Origin: an uncultured archaeon
GTDB taxonomy: Archaea > Asgardarchaeota > Thorarchaeia > Thorarchaeales > Thorarchaeaceae
Direction of reading: 5' to 3'
NCBI GenBank assembly: GCA_964558645.1
Contig: CAZLEV010000009.1
Coordinates: forward strand, 1 to 64,000
Length of the DNA stretch: 64,000 bases
Made by a program: the position numbers and the translations under genes. Under the pieces are notes generated by a model that saw only the letters and a program-made list of their open reading frames with translations, had not been told where the DNA came from and searched no databases. Below are positions 9,545-19,890 of the stretch, piece by piece (the stretch's first letter is position 1; each line of letters begins with the position of its first letter).

Positions 9545-9832
9545 ATAGTCAGGATATCCTGACCAACCCTGTCATCGTCTATGACAGGATGGGAGGGAGC
9601 GAGGAGGCCATGGCAGTCCATAGATGGCCTGCAGGCATGGAATCCGAGAACCCAGAGATCTGGTCGTACTCGGGGCTGGGTTTCATCAACGCAAGGGGGG
9701 ACAGCAAGGCAAGTACTTCGCAGGGCCATCGAGTCCATTCCTTCGAGCCATCGCGCTCACGACTGGCGGGGCGAGGCGGAGGAGCTCTTTGTGCTGGCTA
9801 TGGAGATTAACCCTGCGAGCCTCGGCAACTGA
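9545..9832 (+). pseudogene. Degenerate TPR gene fragment
   Basis: DILTNPVIVYDRMGGSEEAMAVHR...ENPEIWSYSGLGFINA in one frame and VLRRAIESIP...EAEELFVLAMEINP in another. Confidence 0.45.
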
Positions 9833-9900
9833 CTCCGACCTCAATAAGGATATTCAGATGGTGCGTAAGGAGATCCCAAGAAGACATGTTGTTCGCTCTC

Positions 9901-10635
9901 CTAATAGTCGGAATATTTCTTCCTCTCCTCTTCCAAATTGAGCGTTCCGTCATAGACTTGAGATGGTTCCCAAACAAGCTCCTTTTTCGAAGCAAAGGTA
10001 TCCTTCTTGATGTCTTCCCAATCAATCGCTTCATTCGGCCAGAGGCTTTTCAAAACTTGTAGAAGCTTGTTCAGAACAGTTAGCTGTTTCCTGTGTCCCC
10101 AGTTACTTAGTTTACTCTCATCTTCTATTTCGTCAGTGTTCATAGGTGAGTCTTCTACACCCCCCTGCCAGATACTCAGGCGTGTGGCTTGAAGGATTTG
10201 AAGATTATAGAAGTCCATTTCCACGTAGATGTCCAGAAGTCTCTCAGCCTCGCTATCCAGAACGTGTTTCCAAAAGTGAGTCTGCTGAACAATACTTACT
10301 GCTGAGGTTGACACCAACGATGTTTTAGCTTTGCACAGCATTACGAAGTTCCTCTTCAACTCCCAGAGTACAACCCTCTTTGTGGCGTCCGCGAGTTCAA
10401 CTTCCCTGCTGTGGTCATAGATGCCTTTCAAACCGATTGCAACGAGAGGGCCTAGGGGAATCAAGCTAATCTGAACAATTATTGGGGCAAGAACAGGGAA
10501 CTCGCTGCTGATATGAAATAAGAGGTAAAACAGACCATATGCAAGAATCAGAAGGAATCCCGTCCATCTGTTCGAGAGATGGTGAACATACCGCTGACGA
10601 ATCTTCAGAATCACATTTCTCTCCACACATAGCAT
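9901..10635 (-). CDS. Hypothetical protein with two N-terminal TM helices
   Basis: 244 aa: hydrophobic hairpin, then a helical cytoplasmic domain. Confidence 0.7.
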   Translation of the reverse strand: MLCVERNVILKIRQRYVHHLSNRWTGFLLILAYGLFYLLFHISSEFPVLAPIIVQISLIPLGPLVAIGLKGIYDHSREVELADATKRVVLWELKRNFVMLCKAKTSLVSTSAVSIVQQTHFWKHVLDSEAERLLDIYVEMDFYNLQILQATRLSIWQGGVEDSPMNTDEIEDESKLSNWGHRKQLTVLNKLLQVLKSLWPNEAIDWEDIKKDTFASKKELVWEPSQVYDGTLNLEEERKKYSDY

Positions 10636-11129
10636 TAGTTAGGACAGTCAAGAAGATTGCGATTTCGAGAAGGATGGAGTACCTGAAGAGGCAAGAGGTC
10701 TTCTTCCCTGGAACTAAGACAGGTCTAGGCATTAGTGGACTTCGGTGTATGATGTGTCAAGGAGTTCATGACAGGCACCATCGCAGGTAGTTTGGTTAAA
10801 CGCACAACATCAGCATCCAGTTAACCCTTGGCAATGAGCAGGACTGTCTTCATGAAACGGATGAGATGGCGCGGCCAGCCACGAGCTCAAGCCAGAGGAC
10901 TAGCACTCATGGATCCAGCTGGGACGAGCACAGTACGAGATTGGGAGGGTCTAAGAGGGCCTTGATGTTCAAGTCCACACTGTTAAGCTGGCATCGAAGG
11001 GCTGGGATTAATGGAACCTGATACGTCATGTATGAGGATGCCAAGGTTCTCGAGCCTGCAGAGGTCAGTTTGAAGTATCTTCTGTCCCTTCAATCGAACT
11101 GCGTTGAGGGATAGGAACGACTGATTGCG

Positions 11130-11318
11130 GTGATGGAGAAGCGGGTCAACCCTGAGGCCAAGGGTCTACAGGGGATGCTAGACGATATGCACGAAACAAA
11201 CCCGACCTTTCAGCGAAGCGAGGACGGCTTCTTGGTGCCAAAGGGTTTCAAGAGGGGCTACGACATGGAGCGAGAGTTGGTCTACCTTGATGAAGAGGAG
11301 GATTGTGCTCTAGAATAA
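11130..11318 (+). CDS. Small hypothetical protein
   Basis: 62-aa ORF with acidic end. No recognisable motif. Confidence 0.4.
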   Translation: MMEKRVNPEAKGLQGMLDDMHETNPTFQRSEDGFLVPKGFKRGYDMERELVYLDEEEDCALE

Positions 11319-11453
11319 GATTTACTTCGTATGTCGTGCTGTATACCCTATATACGAATACCATGACCAATGCGAGAAAGGAATAGACGCCCTAGAATGC
11401 ACACACCCTGTGATGACTTCTCCGTCTGCATGGTTACATTAGGAAGACAGAGG

Positions 11454-13991
11454 CTATCGTGCCTCGCCTCTGGCGTAACCTCCCTTCTTCAGAGCATAGG
11501 GATTCCTGTCATTCACAACCCAATCCTCATGCCCAAGGCCTTCTAGAATCCACTTCAGGAAGCCCAGACTACCTGCGTTGAGTGTCTGTCCATGAAAAGA
11601 GAAGAGTATCTTGGGTGAATGAACCTCTGGTCCAAGCCACTCCACCAGATTCCCTACAACTTCTGCAAACAGAGCTTTCCGTTTATCACGGTATTTCAAC
11701 ATCTTGAGAGGCGACAGAAGACAAACATGTCGCGTAGAGAAGATCTCCTCCATTCTTAGTACCGGCTCGATTGGTGCTATGCATATGGTATGCTTGTCTG
11801 CAAGTTTCTGGGCTTCCTCATATGTCACTCTTCGGGACGACTCCCAGTCATAGAAATCCACTGTCCTCATTAGCGCCTCTTTTAGATTCGGAATCCTGTC
11901 GTATAGCTCATAGTTACCAGTTCGGTCAGACATGAATTCGAATACCGCAGACTGGATAAACCTCCTCAAGGATGCGGGTAATGCGTCATCCATCAGAATT
12001 CTCGTGCATGCTAGGGCCGCTAGGTGGTCATTGTGACGTTCAACAAGGTCCAAAGCTTGGGTCGCCTGTTCTGTTTCAACTAGCGCATTTCTTCGGATGT
12101 TGGGCTCAATGTCCCCGCCATCAAGGTCGGATAGAAAGAGAGTCCGTCCGCTTTCTCCAAGTCTGTCCAGAAGCTCTTGGAAGGACAGCAAAGCCTTGAC
12201 GAACGGAGAATGGACAAGTCTTGAAACTGGTACTCGTACCCCTCTCACTTGAACAATCCTCTCCCCTGAAGGGGAACTCGGTCCGTCTTGGTTATCACTT
12301 CTTCCCAAATTCGCCGTTCTGACTGCACTCGCTATCTGTTCGTCAGTCACCGTCTTCAGACGAAGATTAAGAACGAGCAACGATACTACCGAGTATTCAT
12401 CAGTATGCTCGAATGTGTGAACATAGCGAACAGTAGATTGTGTTTCATCGCTATGAACAGCGTACTCGCTGGTCTCATCGTTTCTACGGAGGTGCATGCA
12501 CCCGTTCGGGGTCAGAACGTGTATTGGGACGGGAGGGTAAGGAAACCACTTCTTGATGATTTCCCGCAATCGTCCGGAACTTGGCCATCTGGGTTGCCTG
12601 CTTTGAGCCTTCTTCAGAATCACAGTAGTGCCTCTGTCCATATCCCACTGACCGAGCGGTCCGATTGTAATGCCAAATGGGGGAGAAAAGAATACGCGAC
12701 GCGGCGCATCAGTTTCGGTTGATGAGATGATCTCGAATTCATCTGATAGCAGCGCATAGGAGAATATCCCGATGCCGTAGATGCCAATGAGTGGGACCCT
12801 CTCTCTTCCCATCGAGGTGAGTCTTCCTCTGAACCAAGGACTATGATAGTAACTCGATCCAAGCACCTTCAAATGGTGTTCTATCACCCTTGGTGTCATT
12901 CCGCACCCATTGTCCCAGATTAGGATTTCGTTTCCAAGATGTGCAACGCCAATATGACAATCTGAACCCGCATCTGTGGCCTCTTGGAGAATGCAGGCAT
13001 CGATGGCATTACTGACCGCCTCTCTCAAAGGAACCTCCGTCAAGTTCTGACCTTCGTAGATGGTGGTTGACAGATAGCGAAAGACATTCTCGTAGTCTGC
13101 CTTGAGATGATGCTGCGATGCGGGTTCTTCACCTTCCACATGGAAAGCGTACCTGAGTTTGGTTGGTAGGACTCCGCGTCCTCTCCAGTAGTAAGCCTTT
13201 GTTTCTTCTATCGTCTGCTCAATATCCTCAACCAAATTGCTGAATCCATCCAGCATGACGAGAACTTTCGAATCGAGTGGCTGTGTGGACTTCAACACCA
13301 GCACATCGCCATCATCCTCTAGGAACACCTCTGCTTGGCATAGGCTCTTTGCGAATTCTCGCGTCTGGGTTTCATCCTCAGTAGGCAAGCTCTCTCTAGA
13401 AGTCCCCAAGAATGTGACCCGATCTTTGGATAGGTCCATTTGGTCTGCCAGTCTGAGTACAGCAGAGAGAAACTGATAGTCAGGTTTGTCTTGAAGAACC
13501 GGATCCAGATCGATTGGTATCTTTCTATGACCCTTGGCGACGGATGCCAGAATGGGCTTCAGCTCATCCGGAAACCAGTCTAGATGTTGTGCGAACTCGT
13601 CCGAGTCGTTTATCCACCACTCAGTCCTCTCATGATGCTTCTGTCGTACCTCTGCATCACGCCAATCCAAGTCCACCCGAAAGCCTGAGCGGCGTGCTTC
13701 GTTCATCTCAGTCGGATAGACCGGTCCCATGCCTATGTCATGGACAAGACACGCACAGATTCCGACCAGTGCTTGGTTTCGGTCCATCTCAGAGTCGATT
13801 CCTCTCTTCTGGAGGATTTCGCAGTAGTGCTTGAGAACTCTCTTGCTGTGTCCGATTCCGTGGTCAGTATAATCAGGGAAATAGCGTTGGATGAGATCCA
13901 AACGAGTTGACAGGAAGTCGATTAGGTCATCTATCGCTTCTCTGTCGGTTTCATCGAGGCCACGGTAAAGGCAGCAAGATCGCCACGGCAC
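11454..13991 (-). CDS. HD-domain phosphohydrolase fused to an HSP90-like (GHKL) ATPase
   Basis: HD motifs: YTDHGIGHSKRV, VHDIGM, RQKHHERT, KGHRK, LRLADQMD. GHKL motifs: LREAVSNAIDA, DNGCGM, IGIYGIG, RGTTVIL. GAGGTGAG SD upstream of the GTG. Confidence 0.9.
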   Translation of the reverse strand: MPWRSCCLYRGLDETDREAIDDLIDFLSTRLDLIQRYFPDYTDHGIGHSKRVLKHYCEILQKRGIDSEMDRNQALVGICACLVHDIGMGPVYPTEMNEARRSGFRVDLDWRDAEVRQKHHERTEWWINDSDEFAQHLDWFPDELKPILASVAKGHRKIPIDLDPVLQDKPDYQFLSAVLRLADQMDLSKDRVTFLGTSRESLPTEDETQTREFAKSLCQAEVFLEDDGDVLVLKSTQPLDSKVLVMLDGFSNLVEDIEQTIEETKAYYWRGRGVLPTKLRYAFHVEGEEPASQHHLKADYENVFRYLSTTIYEGQNLTEVPLREAVSNAIDACILQEATDAGSDCHIGVAHLGNEILIWDNGCGMTPRVIEHHLKVLGSSYYHSPWFRGRLTSMGRERVPLIGIYGIGIFSYALLSDEFEIISSTETDAPRRVFFSPPFGITIGPLGQWDMDRGTTVILKKAQSRQPRWPSSGRLREIIKKWFPYPPVPIHVLTPNGCMHLRRNDETSEYAVHSDETQSTVRYVHTFEHTDEYSVVSLLVLNLRLKTVTDEQIASAVRTANLGRSDNQDGPSSPSGERIVQVRGVRVPVSRLVHSPFVKALLSFQELLDRLGESGRTLFLSDLDGGDIEPNIRRNALVETEQATQALDLVERHNDHLAALACTRILMDDALPASLRRFIQSAVFEFMSDRTGNYELYDRIPNLKEALMRTVDFYDWESSRRVTYEEAQKLADKHTICIAPIEPVLRMEEIFSTRHVCLLSPLKMLKYRDKRKALFAEVVGNLVEWLGPEVHSPKILFSFHGQTLNAGSLGFLKWILEGLGHEDWVVNDRNPYALKKGGYARGEAR

Positions 13992-14297
13992 GTTACTCTC
14001 ACCTCATCCATGACTCCCTGACTTACCATAGTATTAATCCATATCGTTTCGTAGACATCTCTCAACTGGTTTCAGGAACCATCTTCTGGGCTTTGAGAAG
14101 TCGTGTTAGCTTGACCATGGCTTTCATCATCTGAACTGCCTCTTTCCGCTTACAGTCAACGAGTGAATCTTGGCAACATTCCTGCCTTCTTCTATCTTCG
14201 GCCATCTCTGATTAAGTAAGACCCGCCGTGAATTGATTCAGGTGATGGCAGACATGATCTCCCCGAAATCACTACAGGCTTCTGCTAGTTCTCCGGG

Positions 14298-15617
14298 TCA
14301 TTCCTCTCTTATCCTTGAATAGACACGACATGCGATCACAATGAGGAAAGCTATCAATCCTCCCCAGACCGCAAGCCCTGAAATGACAGAAGCATCTAGT
14401 TTCACCAATAACCATGAGACCACTGCGGCCAGAACCTCAAACACGACCATGAGTCCTACTAGAATCTGTATCTCATTGAATCGATACTCTCGGCTGACTT
14501 CCTGTTCCTGCCGGATTCGTTCTGCTCTAATACTGGAAAGAGTTAGCTGGCGGTCGATATCCTTCTGGAGTACATCTAGCCTTGTGCGGGCATCATTATT
14601 CCATCTCTGCAATTCAGAATATGGCGTCAACCGGTCAACTATGCCAGGTTCCGGCATATCGGTATCTTTCTTGAATCCAAGATAATCATACAGAAGAGAC
14701 TGCGCTAGGCTTGCTTCTTTGAGGTCTGCTGCTAATTGCCCAATTTCGTCAAGGTCATCCTTGCCGCGGGTTTCCAGTAAGATCTTAGAAACCCTTCTAC
14801 ATTCATCCTCAATATACACAATAGAATCCAATAAAGCCAGATTCTCGAAGTACGTCCGTATGGCCGCTCTCTGCGAATGAACCAGATGTAGAGGGGCATC
14901 TGTTTCGCTCCCGGGCAGATAACCGCCCTCGGGCAACGCTCTGTTTTCTAGAACCCAATTCACTGTCGCAGGAGACTCTACCAAGTAGACAACTGAGTTC
15001 AGAGCTCGACCACTTCCCGCACGATACGCGCCTCTTGGTTTCAATGACCCCATAGAAGTAAGAATGGCGACTTTTTCGCCTATGCGGTCGAGGTCGTTAA
15101 ATGGTGACATATTCAGGTTCTGAACAAGAACCACAGCATAGCTATGGTAGGTCACAATGCTTTCAAACCCTCTGGTGATGTCTTCTGTGATTCTCTTTGA
15201 TGTCGCTGAATCCATCAATTGATAAAGCTGCGCCCTCAAGAAGGGGGAGAAACGCCCCTCAGAGTTCCCATAGTGGATTATTCTGGGAGCAACTGATGAG
15301 AGACATCTTAGAAACTCTTCTGGCGGATAGTTTTCAAAATCAACGTCAACAAGGAGAACCTCGAGTAGCCCGTCATCTGAGATGAACTTTGCTAGACTTG
15401 ACCAGCCGATGTTGGAATAAAGAGGAGCGATGCGAAATGGCGAAGACCATTTACAGGAGTAGAAATTGAATCCGTGACTAGCATAGCTAAGATGTTCACC
15501 GGGACGGTATCCTTCAGCTCTGAAATAGTTTCTCGGAGTTACAAATGACATTCCTAGGGAGTAGACAACTAGCGGTATGCTATCCTCACTTGTGCCTTCG
15601 TCAATCTCACTACTCAC
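14298..15617 (-). CDS. CorA-like protein (large soluble domain, long helix, two C-terminal TM helices)
   Basis: 439 aa. Coiled helix RTRLDVLQKDIDRQL...EYRFNEIQ, then two TMs and a basic tail. No GMN motif. Confidence 0.65.
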   Translation of the reverse strand: MSSEIDEGTSEDSIPLVVYSLGMSFVTPRNYFRAEGYRPGEHLSYASHGFNFYSCKWSSPFRIAPLYSNIGWSSLAKFISDDGLLEVLLVDVDFENYPPEEFLRCLSSVAPRIIHYGNSEGRFSPFLRAQLYQLMDSATSKRITEDITRGFESIVTYHSYAVVLVQNLNMSPFNDLDRIGEKVAILTSMGSLKPRGAYRAGSGRALNSVVYLVESPATVNWVLENRALPEGGYLPGSETDAPLHLVHSQRAAIRTYFENLALLDSIVYIEDECRRVSKILLETRGKDDLDEIGQLAADLKEASLAQSLLYDYLGFKKDTDMPEPGIVDRLTPYSELQRWNNDARTRLDVLQKDIDRQLTLSSIRAERIRQEQEVSREYRFNEIQILVGLMVVFEVLAAVVSWLLVKLDASVISGLAVWGGLIAFLIVIACRVYSRIREE

Positions 15618-15689
15618 GATATCAACTCCCAGCGCTTCAAGATTTCTGTAGTAGTAGTTGTCTGCGAACCCAAATAAACACTGAGGGCA

Positions 15690-15983
15690 TCAAGAATGAC
15701 GAGCACGTTGTTTCATTTCTATGATGTCTTCTAGGAGCCGAGCCACTTCCTGACCTTTCCTGCTCAAACAGTGAATCTTCGCTCTGTTCTTCCCCTCTTC
15801 TATCTCCAACCATCCCAGATCAAGCAAGACCCTCCGCGCCTTGGTCCAGGTGTTCGCAGACATCACCTCCTCGAAGCCGCTGTACATCTTCTCCCCATTT
15901 TGCAGGAAGAGCAGGGCTCGGAGGACGCCGACCTGTTCCAGCTGCTTCACAGTATCCAAACAATCACGCTGAGGCATGGTCAT
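15690..15983 (-). CDS. Winged helix-turn-helix transcriptional regulator
   Basis: GVLRALLFL...SANTWTKARRVLLDLGWLEIEE...HCLSRKGQEVARLL. Confidence 0.8.
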   Translation of the reverse strand: MTMPQRDCLDTVKQLEQVGVLRALLFLQNGEKMYSGFEEVMSANTWTKARRVLLDLGWLEIEEGKNRAKIHCLSRKGQEVARLLEDIIEMKQRARHS

Positions 15984-16222
15984 GGCTAGGGCTGTGGCCC
16001 TAGAATTACTTGAGTGTCTGGAGTTCGAAGTATGCAGTATGAAGTTTAATCAAGAGGGGAGCTCTGAGTCGCAGAGTCGAATCGTGTTTCTCCTTCTGTA
16101 CCTAAGCTATCTGGTCCATCACTGAGCGGTGATCTGAACCGGGTGTGTCACAGGACACAGTTTCCCATGTTGCTGCGTGGATGAGGTAGTCTGTCACACC
16201 CCGACCCCGGATTGCCCACCAG

Positions 16223-16570
16223 CTACTCTAATAGACCGTCGTCATCATCAACCCACTCGTCTTCATCGAGAACCATGTCGTCAACCCCATCGAAGAGATG
16301 TTCCAGCATCCTCTTGTTGTTTCTCTCGTTCTCGAAGTAGTCATCTAGTACCCTGTCTATATAGCTCAAGAAACCGTCGTAGTAGTCGTAGTCCTCGATG
16401 GTGAAACCCTGTTCTTCTGCGTTCGCCTCCATGGTCATGAAGATATAGTACGAACACACATGCCACCAGTTCAGCGCCTCTTTCAGAGCTGCTTCACGCC
16501 CCTCCGAGAACTCGATGTCCTCGAACACTCGCCATTTCTTCTCCCATTCTTGGTCGTCCATGAACTGCAC
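16223..16570 (-). CDS. Acidic hypothetical protein
   Basis: 115 aa, strongly D/E-rich. Confidence 0.65.
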   Translation of the reverse strand: MQFMDDQEWEKKWRVFEDIEFSEGREAALKEALNWWHVCSYYIFMTMEANAEEQGFTIEDYDYYDGFLSYIDRVLDDYFENERNNKRMLEHLFDGVDDMVLDEDEWVDDDDGLLE

Positions 16571-16801
16571 CTCAGCAGTCTATGACTAGTGTCTTGGTAG
16601 TACATCTTCGCTATTGAGCATTTCTAGCGAGAAGCATCTCTCCAGTCTTTCATTCTAGACCGACAGAACCACCCTTGTACGATCAGTCAGTATAAGGCAA
16701 CATGATCGAGTCATCAAAGATACGCTAGCTCCCATGCAAGCCTATCCTTGATGCAGTAGGTTTTTCAGATTGTGTTCCGTGGGACAATAATAGGGATAGA
16801 C

Positions 16802-17039
16802 GTGAAATGTTTCGTGATCATCATAGTACTGTTCCTTGGGGGCATTATTGTCGGCCTTACGATAGTACCTATGTTCGACCTGTGGTTGGCCGCACTTGTG
16901 GGAGTGGTGCTGACGCTGGTGAGCCTATACAAGACCAAACAAGATGGGGGGGCCTTACTGGACTTGGCTAGCCTCGTTTCTTGTAGGAGTCAGTGTTGCT
17001 ATAGCATTCTACCTAGTTCAAGCTATCTTGTCTACTTGA
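16802..17039 (+). pseudogene. Small 3-TM protein frameshifted in a G7 run
   Basis: Removing one G from G7 (16946-16952) gives ...KQDGGPYWTWLASFLVGVSVAIAFYLVQAILST*, a clean third TM helix. Confidence 0.6.
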
Positions 17040-17144
17040 CAATCACGGCCATCTCTGTTCTGTCGAGAAACTGGAACCACGGCTTGGTTAGTATGGATTC
17101 TTTAGAGGATTCTGCGTAGAAGGACGAAATCCAATCCATATTCT

Positions 17145-18410
17145 TCAGGGAGCAAGCCCGTATTTTTCCAGAATACCCCTAACTTCACTTCTCCGTTCTT
17201 TGTCAAATGCTACCCTTCTCCCCCACTCTCTCAGTTCCATCTTTTCCTTGACAAGTGCGATGGCTACCTGGATCAACCTTGATAGATAATCCACAAGCTT
17301 AGGAATGATTGCATCAGCATCAGACTCGAAGGTACTACCGTGGACTATTTTGTTCCTTGCCTTATACGCATCTTCAAGGAGAACCATTGCCTCATCTGGA
17401 TCAACACCAACAAGCGACAACATGTTTGATGCAAGAAACACCGCCTTGAAGCTCATGCACTGAAAGAGAACCTCCAAAGCAATGATGAGATCAACTACCT
17501 CATCACCTGCATCATCAGCAACCAATGCAGTGTTGTATCTGCGGAGGAATCGACCAATTCTCTTGCTTGTCTTCTTTCCAGCTTCTCTTGTTGTCTCGAC
17601 AAACAGATTCCAGAATCTCTGAAACCGCTCCACGGAGTCACTCCGTAGAGTTGTCTTCTTCCCAGTAAGTCGGCTGAAGACTGCAGGGAAGACTTCTGGT
17701 GTCGCGCTATACTCACCATGAACTGTCATGATAGGATTAGGTGCTGCGTTGTACAGAATCTTAGTGATTCCAACAGAGCTTGGAGACATGACGCGTAAGA
17801 TAGTCACGATATAGTGGAAATCGAGGGAGTAGGGTGCTGAATCAGCAAGCTCGATTCTCTGTTTCATCACTCCATCTTCCTTGCTCTGCGTCAGTCTTGC
17901 TATCTGTGCGGCCTTCTTGCATTCGGTGACGAATGTATCTTCAGTTGACCTCTGGTACGAATGTTCCCCCTGTCGAAACTACTGGACTTCGTATGGGTTC
18001 ATCTTCCGGATTCGAAGATGGCCTGTGAGGTCTATGACATCCACGTCTGCATCAAACTCATGCAAGAAACACCATACTCGATCATATTTCGGAAAGTCGA
18101 GAAACATTGATTCGAAAGCAATGTAGCCCTCAATCAGCACCTCTCTCTTCTCGAAGTCAATCGCGTCAAGGACAGAGCCGAACAAGAGATTGCGCTTGTA
18201 TCCACCGATGAGTTTCTCCAGCGGGAAAGAAACAATGAACTTGTCAAATACATCTTGGAGATCTGTATACTCCTGCCACTGAACTATGGCATTTTCTTGT
18301 ATTCCAGCTGATACACGGTTGTTGTATTCTTGAAGAAGTCTATAGGCTAACCTCTGAAAGGCTGTATATAGGACCTTGTCCCGGACATCTCTAGGACTCG
18401 CTGGTTTCAT
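17145..18410 (-). pseudogene. Apea-like HEPN-domain gene interrupted by a single in-frame TAG (17979-17981)
   Basis: ORFs 17979-18410 and 17145-17870 are in the same frame with an open 36-codon linker. The C-terminal part has DLIIALEVLF and AYKARNKIVHG (RxxxxH). Confidence 0.8.
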
Positions 18411-18669
18411 CTTTGCTCCACGACTTGCATGCCAATCCGGCGTAGATGATTTGGCTGTTTCTGTTCAAGAATGACATTCTTCTTGTATACTTACTCTCGC
18501 GGAATCTTGCCAAAAACGGGAAGCTGGTTGTCAAAGAAAACCGCGAAGCTGCTTGTCAGAGCCGCGTGCAAGCACTACGCTTCGCTGGTTTCTGGTGTTT
18601 TCTAGCACCAGAAAACACAATACCCAGCTTGTCCAGTCTGGGATGTCGTTGTGCAGGAGAGCTAGATGG

Positions 18670-19695
18670 ATGGAGAATAGCATATCAAGAATTGAGAAGA
18701 ATGTCTTTCGAATAACTGAGGTAGGAGAAAAGAAGACCTACGGGTCGGCATTTGCAGTGGCCGAAGACGCACTAGTTTCTGCCTACCATGTAATCGACCC
18801 GGAAGGGGATGGGGATCCAGCAGGTCCGGTGGTGGCTTTCGATGTATCCGGAAACAGATACGAAGGAACGATTGACGATTTCAACAAGAATGCAGATCTG
18901 AGTCGTATTCTCTTTGAGTTAGGACTTGGTGTTGAACGTCCCTTCGACCTAGTGGAAGACCCACCTCCTATAGGCACAATGTGCCTGTGGGGAGGTTTTC
19001 CATTGTTCATCGGAGAGCATTCACCTCGTCTCCGTTTTGCACAAGGCATGGTCAGCTCTCAGACATATGAGTGCCAAGATAGTGTTCTCTTTGAGATAGA
19101 TGGTATGTTCAGCCCTGGACATAGCGGTTCACCGGTGGTGAGTACATCATCCGGGGAACTAGTCGGTGTGGTGATGAGCTCCGCAGGTCAGTTGATTGAG
19201 ATCTTGCGGGAAGCTAAGATCACAATGTCAGCATTGGCTGTCATTCAGTCAAGTTGGCAAGAGTACACAGAAATGGCTGAGGTTTTGGAAACGATTGTTG
19301 AGGAGTACAACGGTATAATATCGGAGATAGATGGCAGAATCTCGACATTGTGCAGTCTTCTGTCGGAAGATTGTAGACCCGACTGGGGCGAGATAGAAAC
19401 CCCCATTCTACACTATCCGGATTATTTGTCTATGCGCCTCCCCGAAGCGATTCCTGAGGCCGTCGAATCCAAGCTCGAAGAAAGGAACATCGCATTCTCA
19501 GAATACGAAACGAATCTGCTAGGAATGAAGGTATATCACGTCTTCTTGCGGGGTCGTAAGGAAGCCGCAATGAAAGCAATCGTCGATTTCATGATGGAGT
19601 GGACGAAGTTGATGGAGGATGCCTTGGATCAGTCGTTCCAGATGGGGATGGGAATTGCAGGCTGTGATGATCCCTTGAGAGATCTCATCCGTTGA
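18670..19695 (+). CDS. Trypsin-like serine protease with a large insertion/extension
   Basis: YGSAFAV, VSAYHVI (His), ADLSRI (Asp), SPGHSGSPV (Ser), GELVGVV. No signal peptide. ATG 18670 preferred over 18553. Confidence 0.88.
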   Translation: MENSISRIEKNVFRITEVGEKKTYGSAFAVAEDALVSAYHVIDPEGDGDPAGPVVAFDVSGNRYEGTIDDFNKNADLSRILFELGLGVERPFDLVEDPPPIGTMCLWGGFPLFIGEHSPRLRFAQGMVSSQTYECQDSVLFEIDGMFSPGHSGSPVVSTSSGELVGVVMSSAGQLIEILREAKITMSALAVIQSSWQEYTEMAEVLETIVEEYNGIISEIDGRISTLCSLLSEDCRPDWGEIETPILHYPDYLSMRLPEAIPEAVESKLEERNIAFSEYETNLLGMKVYHVFLRGRKEAAMKAIVDFMMEWTKLMEDALDQSFQMGMGIAGCDDPLRDLIR

Positions 19696-19890
19696 CATAC
19701 GTACATGCTCTCTTCTCTTTCTTGAAACACATGAATGCTGAGGGGGCTGCTGTAGACTATGTTGGCGCTTCTGTTCGTTTCAAGCAGGGTCGAGAAGAAC
19801 AAGATGCTCTCCCAAGCACAAGATTTCCTCAGAGTGTTTATCACCAGTTTCCTGCGACTACCTTTAAGCGAAATTGCCCAGATATGAATC

